A stretch of DNA of 64,000 nucleotides from Poseidonia sp. (GCA_016778305.1 JADHPT010000001.1:136457-200456), one strand, 5' to 3'; shown: positions 18,249 through 28,150, counted from the stretch's first letter. Made by a program: numbers and translations. Notes: generated from the sequence alone by a model not told the origin.

Positions 18249-20573
18249 TTACTTCCGCTTTCGTTTCTTTTCAATAGCCTTCTGAAGGATTCTGCAACGG
18301 CGGATTTGATCCTTCGCACGCTTCTGTGCATCTGTATCCAATCCACGTGGCATTGCCTGTTCGAAGCACTTGATGGCGTCGTTATAGCGTTCCATCTCCG
18401 CATAGGCTGTGCCCATGTTGTACAGAGTTTCACCACGAACTTCTGTAGGTTTGATCAACATGGCTTGGTGGTAGGCTTCTACACACTTCGGATATTGTTC
18501 GAGGAAATAGTACGCATTGCCTCGATTGTTGAGGATACGGATGATCATATCGTCGTCACCTGCAAAGGCTGGAAGGGCTTTATCAAAGCAGGAGAGAGCT
18601 TCTTTGTATTTCTTATCGTCAATTAGTTGTACGCCTTGATTAAACCAAGCAACATCTTGGTTTGAGATAGCCTTCGATTGTGTTGTTTGTGGCGTTGTCC
18701 TCGCAACTGTTTGCGCAGCATCCAATGCAGCTTTCGCCAGGTCCACTTCCACATTTTCAACAGGCAAGACAGCAACTGCTTTCGGTTCAACGGGAGTCAT
18801 CAAGAGGTTGCTTTCTGGTGTGGAAGGAGCTGCCAAGATCTCTTGATCCTCCATAGGATCGGGCGTTGCAGGGGTCAGCAGTGCATTGTAATCTTGTTGT
18901 ACCATTTCGGCTATGGGTTCTGCAGTTTCTTGGACGGCTTCGGGTTCAATAGGTGTTGCTGGTTGAGGTTCTACACCTCCTGAAAGTGTGCGAGCCTTTG
19001 CATGACATTTCTGAGCTGTCTCAAGATCTCCGGCTTGTTCAAGTGCACGAGCAAGGCCGTGCCAGTATTCTGCATGTTGCCCGTCTGATTGTATCAGCGA
19101 CTTCCAATGCAAAACTGCATCACCATGTTGGAGACTTAATGACAAAGCCAAACCCTTTCTCGGTGAGTTTTCAACCCCGAGGTGTGTGAGGGCCTCTTTC
19201 GCCATATCGGGCCCTGCGGGTAGTGTAGGAGGAAGTCCACTGACTTGATCGAGAACATCACTTTCGCCTTGTGCAAGTTGAAGCAACATGTCAATAAATT
19301 CGTTTTTTACGGTGTGGTTGCCATCAATTTGCAACAGTTGGCGTGAACTTGCGAGGAAGCTCTCGATGAATCCATACTCGCGAGATAGAGCGTTAAGTTT
19401 CTCAGCAGATTTGAGATACGTTGCGTCTGCGTCCAAAGATTTCTGGTACGAATTCATGGCTTCATTCATCATAGAGTTGCGTTGTTGAATTGAACCCAAA
19501 TTAAACCAACCAGGTGCGTGTGTGGGCTCAAGGTTCTGTGCGTGTGTCATCGCTGCTATGGCGTGATTATCCAATTCAAGACGAGCCATTGCCCCTCCTG
19601 CAATTCTCCAAGCCCCTGAGTTGGTTGCTCCAATTGTCTTCAAATAAGGCTTGAGCATGCTCAATGCCTGCTTAGGCTCGCCATCTTTGAGCAATTGAGT
19701 AGCTTGTTCAACCAGTGATTCAATATCGGGCTCAGCAACCGCTTCTGATACAGGTTCTGGTGCTTCAACAACCGGTTGAGGCTCCTGAATTGCAACCACC
19801 TCTTTCATCGCTTCTTGTTGTGCAACGACAACTTCTGCTGCACTTTCCAATTCTTCAACCGTCAAACTATCATCGTCATCGTGATCGTGGTGGACGGCTT
19901 CCTGCAGTAAGTCTTGTGGATTTTCAATTCCAGCTGCTTCAGCAACCTCTGTTACAACATCCATGTCAACTTCTTGGACAACTTCAATGGACGGTTTCAT
20001 CGCTTCCATGGGAACGGATAGTCCGCTGTTCTTGGATCGGTCCTTGAGGTCGACCAATGCGGGGTGACCAGGGAAAAACTTGAGTGCCTTTTCTGCCATC
20101 TCATATGCACCTTCAAGATCCCCAATCCGTTCCAAAAGAATGGCCATGTTGGCTGTAGCTGGAGCGTGATTTTCATTGAGGTCGAGGCATATTTGGAAAG
20201 ATTGCCGGGCCCCTCGAGCGTCTTGTTGTGCTTCGAGAAGTACACCGCGATTGAACCAAGCCATATCGCATGATGGATCCAATGCAATCGCTTTGTTGAA
20301 TGCAGCTAAGGCACCTTTAATTTCATCTCTGCGAGAGCGCTCTTCACCAACATTGAGGAGAATCTGGACCATCTCTTCAGTATCTTCAACATCCTCTATT
20401 TCAGGAATGATATTGCTTGGTGTCGCCTTGACGATCTCCTCTGGTTCTTCAATAGAATCAGGTTCGTTTTGAACAGCATCAATGGCCGCATCAACGGCAG
20501 TTAGATCTTCCTCAGTAATCTCGTCCAACGGTATTTCAGAGGCATCTTGATTCGACGTTTCATCCCCAACCAT
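18249..20573 (-). CDS. acidic TPR-repeat protein
   Basis: 774 aa. TPR-like repeats at both ends (AWFNRGVLLEAQQD...; AWFNQGVQLIDDKKYKEAL...YNMGTAYAEMERYNDAIKCFEQA). Long D/E-rich linker and a basic KRKRK tail. Confidence 0.7.
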   Translation of the reverse strand: MVGDETSNQDASEIPLDEITEEDLTAVDAAIDAVQNEPDSIEEPEEIVKATPSNIIPEIEDVEDTEEMVQILLNVGEERSRRDEIKGALAAFNKAIALDPSCDMAWFNRGVLLEAQQDARGARQSFQICLDLNENHAPATANMAILLERIGDLEGAYEMAEKALKFFPGHPALVDLKDRSKNSGLSVPMEAMKPSIEVVQEVDMDVVTEVAEAAGIENPQDLLQEAVHHDHDDDDSLTVEELESAAEVVVAQQEAMKEVVAIQEPQPVVEAPEPVSEAVAEPDIESLVEQATQLLKDGEPKQALSMLKPYLKTIGATNSGAWRIAGGAMARLELDNHAIAAMTHAQNLEPTHAPGWFNLGSIQQRNSMMNEAMNSYQKSLDADATYLKSAEKLNALSREYGFIESFLASSRQLLQIDGNHTVKNEFIDMLLQLAQGESDVLDQVSGLPPTLPAGPDMAKEALTHLGVENSPRKGLALSLSLQHGDAVLHWKSLIQSDGQHAEYWHGLARALEQAGDLETAQKCHAKARTLSGGVEPQPATPIEPEAVQETAEPIAEMVQQDYNALLTPATPDPMEDQEILAAPSTPESNLLMTPVEPKAVAVLPVENVEVDLAKAALDAAQTVARTTPQTTQSKAISNQDVAWFNQGVQLIDDKKYKEALSCFDKALPAFAGDDDMIIRILNNRGNAYYFLEQYPKCVEAYHQAMLIKPTEVRGETLYNMGTAYAEMERYNDAIKCFEQAMPRGLDTDAQKRAKDQIRRCRILQKAIEKKRKRK

Positions 20574-20692
20574 TGAATCACCGCGGTCCTACCACTGTGG
20601 TTGCGTGCATAAGCCTTGCTTCTTTTTGCTTTAACATCAAAGCCTACATTCAAAGAGTACGTTGATTTGCACGAGGTATGACAGTCAAGAAG

Positions 20693-21223
20693 ATGAAAGT
20701 CCTAGGGCTATCTGGCGAATATCGAAGAACATCCAAATCTGGTATGCTTATCGCTCGGGCATTGGCACTTGCAGAAGAACAAGGTGCTGATATTATGTTT
20801 TGGGATCTTGCTGAAAAACCTCTCCCATTGGTGGGAGAAGATGGATGTTGGAATCATCCAAACGTGCAGGAGTTTCAGAATCTTCTCCTTGAAACTGATG
20901 CTTTTTTGGTTGCTTCTCCCGAATATCACGGGACCATGTCTGGCGTCATGAAGAACACATTCGATTGGATGTATGACAAACACGTTGGAGGAAAGGTCTT
21001 CGGATTGATGTCAACATTGGGTGGTGTTACCAATTCAAATACACTCAATCACATGCGCATCACCCTTCGTTGGTTACATGCATGGCCGGTTCCTGAACAA
21101 TTGGCAGTCGGATACGTCAAGGAGGCCTTCAATGAGCAAGGACTTCTTAACGATGAGGGGCTTCAGTTGCGACTCAATGCATTGGTTAGATCAGTTTTAG
21201 AAGCCTCTGAAAAACTACGGTGA
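20693..21223 (+). CDS. NAD(P)H-dependent FMN reductase (flavodoxin-like fold)
   Basis: MKVLGLSGEYRRTSKSG...LVASPEYHGTMSGVMKN pattern of the NADPH-dependent FMN reductase family. Confidence 0.7.
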   Translation: MKVLGLSGEYRRTSKSGMLIARALALAEEQGADIMFWDLAEKPLPLVGEDGCWNHPNVQEFQNLLLETDAFLVASPEYHGTMSGVMKNTFDWMYDKHVGGKVFGLMSTLGGVTNSNTLNHMRITLRWLHAWPVPEQLAVGYVKEAFNEQGLLNDEGLQLRLNALVRSVLEASEKLR

Positions 21224-21975
21224 AGGGCGATATCATGGAGGCCGAAAAGCCGCGCTTCACTGACCAGTGGGGGGCCCAATACTGTCTTGTTGAACCCGGC
21301 GAGTTCTTGATGGGAACCAAAAGGGGTTCGCCGAGAGAGTCTCCACAACACCTCGTCAAGATATCAGAGCCATTTTTTCTCGGTGAACGCCCAGTTACCC
21401 AGGCTCAATGGACCGATTTAATGGATTCGAATCCCTCAACATTCCAAGAAGGTTGGAGCGCAGGCCTCAGACCTGTGGAATCTATTTCAATGGATGAAAT
21501 CCATCTGTTCCTCCAACGATTAAACGACAGGGAACAGGGAACTGAACGTTTGGGCGTTGTAGGAAGTTGGAGATTACCTTCTGAGTCCGAGTGGGAATAT
21601 GCTGCAAAAGCAGGGACTTCTGGGCGGTGGTGGTTCGGTGACCGGGACACAGAGCTCGATGAATACGGTTGGCATGCAGGGAATTCAGGTGGGTCTACTC
21701 GCGAAGTTGGCTTGAAGAAAGCCAACCCTTGGGGATTTCATGACATGAATGGTTTGATCAATGAGTGGTGCGCTGACGTCTGGGTTCCCAATTTTAACAC
21801 ACCACGGACACAACGACCACATAATGATGCAACAGAACGATATGTTGTGAAAGGTGGGTCATGGTTTACTGAAAGCGATTCGACACGCAGCGCTGCTAGA
21901 TCCTTTGCAGAGCGATCTAAGAAAAGCGACGGCCTTGGGTTGCGACTCGTTTGGGACCCAACCGATATGGCCTGA
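21220..21975 (+). CDS. FGE-sulfatase/SUMF1-like domain protein, apparently non-catalytic
   Basis: RLPSESEWEYAAKAG, WHAGNSGGSTREVG, NPWGFHDMNGLINEWC. The paired C-terminal cysteines of true formylglycine-generating enzyme are absent. Confidence 0.75.
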   Translation: MKGDIMEAEKPRFTDQWGAQYCLVEPGEFLMGTKRGSPRESPQHLVKISEPFFLGERPVTQAQWTDLMDSNPSTFQEGWSAGLRPVESISMDEIHLFLQRLNDREQGTERLGVVGSWRLPSESEWEYAAKAGTSGRWWFGDRDTELDEYGWHAGNSGGSTREVGLKKANPWGFHDMNGLINEWCADVWVPNFNTPRTQRPHNDATERYVVKGGSWFTESDSTRSAARSFAERSKKSDGLGLRLVWDPTDMA

Positions 21976-21979
21976 TGAG

Positions 21980-22342
21980 ATGATTGAAATGACCCTACGA
22001 ATTTACCACTACAAGCGATGCTCAAAATCAAGGCAAGCATTATCGTTTCTCGAGTCAATTGGCGAAGTTTCTGTTATCGATTATCACCTTCATCCACCTC
22101 AACGAGAAGAACTCGAAGATTTGATGCAACGTTCTATTCACCCGCCTCATGAATTTATTCGACTGAACAACGAAATTCCACTTGATTCAAATTCAAGTCA
22201 GGACGCCATCATTGAATATCTCACGATCCATCCTCGCGTACTTCAACGTCCACTTGTCGACGATGGAAGTGCAGTTGTTATCGGTCGCCCATTGGAAAAC
22301 CTTCAGCATCTTCCAGCCCTCTCAAGGCATTTCCCCAGATAG
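21980..22342 (+). CDS. ArsC/Spx-family thioredoxin-fold protein
   Basis: Start ATG 21980 (MIEMTLRIYHYKRCSKSRQALSFLE), CxxS motif. C-terminal PLVDDGSAVVIGRP. Confidence 0.7.
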   Translation: MIEMTLRIYHYKRCSKSRQALSFLESIGEVSVIDYHLHPPQREELEDLMQRSIHPPHEFIRLNNEIPLDSNSSQDAIIEYLTIHPRVLQRPLVDDGSAVVIGRPLENLQHLPALSRHFPR

Positions 22343-22825
22343 TGGGGTGACATCGTACACGTGCCCTTCCTTGAGGATGCTTAATTGCTGATTATTTGGT
22401 ATGAGGCCTGGCCGAACGGACCACCTGCCATCAAGAGGTTCTTCCAGCATCAGGATAAGTTGGTGGTATTGAAGCAAGCCCAATGCTTGGGCAGTTCGTG
22501 CAACTACGGGGGATATATCTTCTTGAAATACATCGTTCATGATTTGACATACTTCTGCGAAGGTACGGCTACCATCGCATAATTCCCACAACATGCTGTT
22601 CATTGTGTCCAAAGGACGACGTAATTCCTTTGGCGCACGTAGTATTCGTGCCATAAATTTCTCAAATCTTTTGAATTTCTTTTCAATGCGTATCGTGATA
22701 GTTCTGCCGCTGACACCTCGAACTTGAGGGTCTTTACCAACATCTCCGTGACGAGCCCACCAAACGGGTAAACGGCAAGGATATTGATCTGCGAAGTTAT
22801 GGTCTTGGAGTCCTGATATCTCCAT
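22322..22825 (-). CDS. PqqD-like (RiPP-recognition-element-type) domain protein
   Basis: 167 aa. Central LDTMNSMLWELCDGSRTFAEVCQIMNDVFQEDISPVVARTAQALGLLQYHQLI fits the PqqD/RRE pattern. N- and C-terminal extensions of unknown function. Confidence 0.5.
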   Translation of the reverse strand: MEISGLQDHNFADQYPCRLPVWWARHGDVGKDPQVRGVSGRTITIRIEKKFKRFEKFMARILRAPKELRRPLDTMNSMLWELCDGSRTFAEVCQIMNDVFQEDISPVVARTAQALGLLQYHQLILMLEEPLDGRWSVRPGLIPNNQQLSILKEGHVYDVTPLSGEMP

Positions 22826-22830
22826 TTATT

Positions 22831-23025
22831 TCACCTCAAAACTCCATCCATGTCCATGTCAAGAGTGTTAGCATGGCCGCAGTGCCGACTAAGGCGGTGG
22901 TGCGCGTCGCCTGAAGCCGCTGCGTGAAATTGCGGAGGTACCACGTCAACACCCCGCATATGGCAACAATAACCCACAAGACATACCATGCAGGTGGATA
23001 AGGTGACACAGAAGGGCCTGTTCAC
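22831..23025 (-). CDS. small Cys/His-rich ORF (64 aa), possibly a real peptide
   Basis: FCVTLSTCMVCLVGYCCHMRG...HHRLSRHCGH. Its ATG overlaps the stop of the giant upstream gene (ATGA) and it ends 5 nt before the PqqD-like gene. Could be spurious. Confidence 0.3.
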   Translation of the reverse strand: MNRPFCVTLSTCMVCLVGYCCHMRGVDVVPPQFHAAASGDAHHRLSRHCGHANTLDMDMDGVLR

Positions 23026-26000
23026 AATGTGCCATCAAGATATTGTTGTCCGTAATAGGTCCACTGTTCTTCTGTCCAACCTGCTGGTAAGCCGCTCGCA
23101 GGTAATGGCGGGCCCGTTGGTGCGATTTCGACAGGTACCGTCGGAGCATTGATGGCTTCCTCAACGGGTTGATCTGCTGCAATAGTGGATACGTTGTTTC
23201 GGTCGCTGGTTGGAGGTCCTGAAATCGGTGCGACTTCTTTATGATATTCATTCCCTTCAAATCCGAGTTCTTCGTCTCGATTTCGGGTGCCTCGTAGCAT
23301 GAATACGAGGAGTGCGACAAATGCAATGCCTCCGATGCTCCCGCCTACCATCACAACGGAACCAAACGAATCATCTTCCGGTGGTTGTTCAAAGGATAAC
23401 ATCACCACCTGAGTAGATCTCAGTTCACCATCATCTGACGCAACGACAAACCTCACTTCTCCATCTAGCGGTCCGTTGAGATTGAGAACCTCGCAGCGAT
23501 TTTGGTTAAATTGTGGCGTTATGTGCCCTGGTGTGGCTTCAAATTGAATGCCTGTAGAATTGATCAGGCGTTTATCGCATGTAACCTGCCAACCCTCATC
23601 TGCAGATGCTGTGAGCGTGTACTGTTCTGTCATGGTTGAGGAGGAAGTATGATTCACCCAGATACTTGCCGCTGTGCCGTAATCTACGATGCCAGGGATG
23701 GATGGTGCTGCGGTCATCACCATGCTGCGTTGTTGGTCAAGAAGAATCATTGATTCGTCCATTAAGATGATTGGTAAATTTTCTTCATCAACGACACCAA
23801 TGACATCAAACCGAATGACGAATTGTGTGTTGAGGGGTGTGTCAGCAGGCACGATGACTTCAACTCGTAGTGTCACATTCGAACTAGCCGGAATGATGAG
23901 TTCGACTTCTGAACCCATTTCTTTTTGTCCCCCATCGATGGTGAAGAATGAAATGAGGCCAACTGTAGGAGGTGAAGAGGATAAGGTGGCCACTACAGAG
24001 AGACGGTTTTCTACCGCATTACCATCATTGAACAAAACAGTTTCAGCATAAAACATCCCATTCGCCATCGTTGAACCACTGTTTGATGAATGTCCGAGTG
24101 AAGGTTGCCGGACTGCGCCAGTGGCTGCCAACACTTCGACGCTGTTATCAGTCGGGTTGGAATCGATTCCCTCAGTCATGATGACTGCCTCGATATTGAT
24201 GTTGTGCAATTCGCCGGCGGCTTCCGTCATCGGAAGCATAACCCACAGGGTTACGTTACTGATGTGCATGAGGTCGTACGAGACACTCAGATCAATTGGA
24301 CCTGTGTGTTCTTCATTTTCAATTGTGAGCCACCAAGTCCATGTTTCTGGTAAATCAATTGGATTGATTCCAACTTGCGTTGGGCCGTTTCCTTTGTTTT
24401 CAACAATTAATTGTATTGCGTTTGGGATGCTAGGCGTTAGTTTCGTCGGAGCCTCTCCAATGGAAAGAGCAACATCGTGCGTGGTGCTAACACGCATCCG
24501 GTCAAAGGAATCACCTTCTACAGTCATGAAACTGCGTTGAGATTCAATGACTGGTTTAATCGTGGGGCCACGATCATTAGCGATTGCATTGTGAGGGACA
24601 TCGATAACGATTTCAAATGTGGTTGACATCCCTGAATTGAGGACTGCGTCAGGCCGAGTCGGTTGATGAACAACCCACTGACCCGCATCTTCTACCAAAA
24701 CGCTCATCGCAAAAATATCTTGTCGGGTCGCATTATTCCATATCATATATTCAAGGACGATGGATTCTCCAGCATCGACAAAATACCAATCAGAATCTAT
24801 GTCTGAAATGAGCATCACTGATGCATCGCTTATCATTGATGCAGATATTGGTATATCTGCGGATGCTACCCGACTCGTATCGTTTTGAGAACGAAGCGTG
24901 AATTCAACATCAACAATCGTATCAGGTGCAGCAGTTTCTGGAACTGTCATGGTCATCAGCACGTTGAAAACATCATCTGGCCTCAACAATACCGATGATG
25001 GTTGTGACCAAGCGAGACCGACAGACCAACCACTGGGTAGAGAAGAAGTATCAATATCCACATCAAATACATCGGTGGCATCTCCTTGATTGGTGATGCC
25101 GACCTCAAAGGTGCAGGTGTATGATGGTGGGCAACTTGGACGGACACTCGGGGGAAGGATGACGGGGATTCTGTCAGCCATCACAAGGAATTGGACGGGC
25201 ACAACGGTTGAAATGCTCGAGTATTGCATGGAACGAATTGAAACACTCATTTGTTGGAACCCGATGCTAGCGTTGGCATCTGGTTTAATCATGATTTGAA
25301 ACGGAGTAGGGGTTCCGGGAATCGTCATCAGCCCCTCCAATGGGTCGAGACTTGTCCCGGATGGACGTGCATAATAGGCATCCCACCCAGTAGGCAACCC
25401 GATCATCTCAGGAATGAAAAATTCTGAGATATTACCGGTATTCAAGATCTCGATATTGATGCTTCCCCATTCACCAGGTATTGCACCATTTGTCCCCGTC
25501 CCTTGGGCAGACACATTGTAATCTGTCATACGCACCTTCTGATCATATAAAATGACGATTTCATCAATGTAGAATCCAATGTCGGTGCCACTTGCGTCTG
25601 AGGTAAACTCAAATTTGAATTGGCTGGATGAATGGAAGAGGTCCGCTGCTACAGGGAGAAGTGGGGAGGTTGCACCTTTGTTGTTGAAGCTGAATGTATT
25701 CCAATTAGCACCGTCCGTAAAATCTTGGTCAACGGTTCCTGAAATAGTTCCTATTTCTGACCAAGCACCGAAAACGTTGATTCCATAAACCGTTAATTTA
25801 TCATTGGCGAGTGTGCTCCCAGTGTAATAAAATGAAAGTCCATTGGTTCGCAGTGGATTGCTGATAGCATCCGATAAATCCATGACAGGTGTTGTCATTA
25901 TGGACAGTGCATTGTTATTGTAGGTCGACAATTGACCGTTTCCTGCATGGCAGCTGCGACCCTTCGAAATTGATGTATCAGTACTAAGTGTCCAACCTGA

Positions 26001-26594
26001 GCCAAGAGTCCATTGTGTCGTTGCATCGCAATTGAAGTATTCATAGCCAACGGCAAAACCTTGCGACATTGCATCATTGCTTGGTACATCATCGGATATC
26101 GTTGATGTCGCACGCATGACCAAGGTATGGTTTCCCGAATACGTTGGAATGATAACAAGGTTGGCTGTATTGCTTGATCCGGGGGAAAGTGATGCCATTT
26201 GGACGGTCGTATTAACGAATTCAAAATAGGTATACTCATTGTGGAGCAATAGGACATTCACATCGATGACTCCCGATGAAGCCGTACCAATATTTTCAAC
26301 TGTCACGGTTAAGGATGTGGACACGTTGACCATTGAATCGATGACGTAGAGTTCTGCGGGACGATTAAAACCCAAAATTGGATGATTGGATGAAAACATT
26401 CTGTAATTGTCTTCATCCGTGCTTGTTGTATAGGATACTGAGACGTCGATGACACGTACGTCAACACCCGTTGGGTTGCTTGGACTCAATAGCGGCGAAG
26501 CCTTTTCGAGCCAACTCACATTCGAAAGAGGCGAACCCAGCATAATGAGGGCAAGGATAAGAGGTACGATTCTCCGCATGTTGACCATAAACAC
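23022..26594 (-). CDS. giant Ser/Thr/Asn-rich surface (S-layer/adhesin-like) glycoprotein with C-terminal TM anchor
   Basis: 1190 aa. Signal peptide MRRIVPLILALIMLGSPLS. Many N-x-S/T sequons and beta-rich repeats. Single C-terminal TM helix and a 90-aa cytoplasmic tail ending PAGWTEEQWTYYGQQYLDGTL. Confidence 0.8.
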   Translation of the reverse strand: MFMVNMRRIVPLILALIMLGSPLSNVSWLEKASPLLSPSNPTGVDVRVIDVSVSYTTSTDEDNYRMFSSNHPILGFNRPAELYVIDSMVNVSTSLTVTVENIGTASSGVIDVNVLLLHNEYTYFEFVNTTVQMASLSPGSSNTANLVIIPTYSGNHTLVMRATSTISDDVPSNDAMSQGFAVGYEYFNCDATTQWTLGSGWTLSTDTSISKGRSCHAGNGQLSTYNNNALSIMTTPVMDLSDAISNPLRTNGLSFYYTGSTLANDKLTVYGINVFGAWSEIGTISGTVDQDFTDGANWNTFSFNNKGATSPLLPVAADLFHSSSQFKFEFTSDASGTDIGFYIDEIVILYDQKVRMTDYNVSAQGTGTNGAIPGEWGSINIEILNTGNISEFFIPEMIGLPTGWDAYYARPSGTSLDPLEGLMTIPGTPTPFQIMIKPDANASIGFQQMSVSIRSMQYSSISTVVPVQFLVMADRIPVILPPSVRPSCPPSYTCTFEVGITNQGDATDVFDVDIDTSSLPSGWSVGLAWSQPSSVLLRPDDVFNVLMTMTVPETAAPDTIVDVEFTLRSQNDTSRVASADIPISASMISDASVMLISDIDSDWYFVDAGESIVLEYMIWNNATRQDIFAMSVLVEDAGQWVVHQPTRPDAVLNSGMSTTFEIVIDVPHNAIANDRGPTIKPVIESQRSFMTVEGDSFDRMRVSTTHDVALSIGEAPTKLTPSIPNAIQLIVENKGNGPTQVGINPIDLPETWTWWLTIENEEHTGPIDLSVSYDLMHISNVTLWVMLPMTEAAGELHNINIEAVIMTEGIDSNPTDNSVEVLAATGAVRQPSLGHSSNSGSTMANGMFYAETVLFNDGNAVENRLSVVATLSSSPPTVGLISFFTIDGGQKEMGSEVELIIPASSNVTLRVEVIVPADTPLNTQFVIRFDVIGVVDEENLPIILMDESMILLDQQRSMVMTAAPSIPGIVDYGTAASIWVNHTSSSTMTEQYTLTASADEGWQVTCDKRLINSTGIQFEATPGHITPQFNQNRCEVLNLNGPLDGEVRFVVASDDGELRSTQVVMLSFEQPPEDDSFGSVVMVGGSIGGIAFVALLVFMLRGTRNRDEELGFEGNEYHKEVAPISGPPTSDRNNVSTIAADQPVEEAINAPTVPVEIAPTGPPLPASGLPAGWTEEQWTYYGQQYLDGTL

Positions 26595-26627
26595 GGATGA
26601 CTGTCAATATATATGAGAGCAATGGCT

Positions 26628-27581
26628 TCATTCCTCGGAGAGGTCTTCAATCGGAATCGATTCGGGTGGGGGTGTATTCGTGATGCCAGATTCAAGTTCG
26701 GTTTGGGCAAGTGCTAATTTGGCTTCCGTCTTCTTCTCTTTCGCCCGAGCTGCAAAGTATACCGTGAACGAGGGGATTAATACCATCGAGAAGCACCCAA
26801 CGACTGCCGCAAGGGCCCAAAGAAATTCAGTAGCAGCATCAACTGAAAACACCTCAACGCTGGAGAAGGCTTCGTTAACGGTCACCGCTGTTATGACCGG
26901 TTGGGTTGTTCGATTCCCTTGTTCAATGATTTCAATACGCAGGATCGATGGAGAATGTGTGTATTCAATCAAGGCACGTGATTTTTCTTCTGCCTCAACG
27001 ATGTCTTGTGCGAATACCGAACCGTTTGAGCGCCGTGCGGGATCAACCGACGTGAGTGCATAGAATTCAATGCGTTCTCCCTCTGGGCTGCTCCGTTCGT
27101 GGGAACTGTTATAGTAGCACAAATCTGCACAAGAGAATCCCTCTTCCAACGGGTCCTCCAAGTCATAGGTCGAACCCAATAATTCATGGCTGTAGAGTTT
27201 GGCGATACTCGTTACTCGCAACAGAGCCCCATCAGACAAATCTGAAGCGGTTACATTGACCCATGTCAGGTTGGTCCCGTCAGCGAAAACTTGCCATGCC
27301 CATGTCGTAGTATTGGTGTCTTGGTCGTAACTGCGTTCAATATCTTCGTCTGCTTGGGATGCATCGTAATCGTTGGCCGTTGCCTCTGTTTGATAGATGT
27401 AGACGGAGGGAGAGACGGTTGCACCGTAGACGGCATATGAGAGCATGAAAATAAGCGTTAACGACAACCCGATAAGGGTTCGAAGCAAATTTGGGTTCTG
27501 TGCCAATGCCTTCTTCATCAGGCTTACCAGCAGGAGGGTGTTCATCAAGGCTTGTATATTGAACCTTGAAATGGACTCCAT
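26628..27581 (-). CDS. hypothetical bitopic membrane protein (N-terminal signal-anchor, C-terminal TM, acidic tail)
   Basis: 317 aa, immediately upstream of the giant surface protein on the same strand. No family recognised. Confidence 0.5.
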   Translation of the reverse strand: MESISRFNIQALMNTLLLVSLMKKALAQNPNLLRTLIGLSLTLIFMLSYAVYGATVSPSVYIYQTEATANDYDASQADEDIERSYDQDTNTTTWAWQVFADGTNLTWVNVTASDLSDGALLRVTSIAKLYSHELLGSTYDLEDPLEEGFSCADLCYYNSSHERSSPEGERIEFYALTSVDPARRSNGSVFAQDIVEAEEKSRALIEYTHSPSILRIEIIEQGNRTTQPVITAVTVNEAFSSVEVFSVDAATEFLWALAAVVGCFSMVLIPSFTVYFAARAKEKKTEAKLALAQTELESGITNTPPPESIPIEDLSEE

Positions 27582-27658
27582 GAGCCAATTTGTTGGATAG
27601 GTTGACCCGTTCTTTTCATATAGGGGCGGACGGTCGCAATGTTGCTTGGTGCTTCGCT

Positions 27659-28150
27659 ATGACGACGGTCTATGACATACCTGCTGAAATTTTCAACCCC
27701 GCCCTAGCCCTTGCTATGGCTGAACAAGACGCTATTTCCATGCCCGATTGGGCACAATATGTCAAGACCGCAGTGGACCGAGAACGCCCTCCTGCTCAGG
27801 AAGATTGGTGGTTCCAGCGAACTGCTGCAATCCTCCGTAAGCTTGCCCGCAATGGACCAACCGGTGTGACCACCCTCGCCCAAAGCTTCGGCGGCAAGAA
27901 AGATAACGGCGTCGGACCAAACACACCTGGCGTTGCTTCGAGGCACATCATCCGCACTGCTCTTCAACAACTCGAAGAAGCAGGATTGGTCGAAAAAGTA
28001 CCTACCAAAGTCGTAGAAGGTGAAGATGGACCTGTACAACTTTACGCCGGCCGCCGTATCACATCGACTGGTCAAAAACTCGTTGACAACACTGCGCATT
28101 CCGTGCGTGATGTTGCTGAGGCTCAATATCCCGGCCTCTCCAAGTATTGA
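27659..28150 (+). CDS. rps19e: ribosomal protein S19e
   Basis: MTTVYDIPAE start. KERPPAQEDWWFQRTAAILRKL, GPTGV, LQQLEEAGLVEK. Confidence 0.9.
   Translation: MTTVYDIPAEIFNPALALAMAEQDAISMPDWAQYVKTAVDRERPPAQEDWWFQRTAAILRKLARNGPTGVTTLAQSFGGKKDNGVGPNTPGVASRHIIRTALQQLEEAGLVEKVPTKVVEGEDGPVQLYAGRRITSTGQKLVDNTAHSVRDVAEAQYPGLSKY

Noticed and set aside
24121-24540. 139-aa plus-strand ORF and several 60-120-aa ORFs inside 23022..26594
   Set aside because: Antisense or off-frame to the giant surface-protein gene. Ser/Thr-rich mirror translation.
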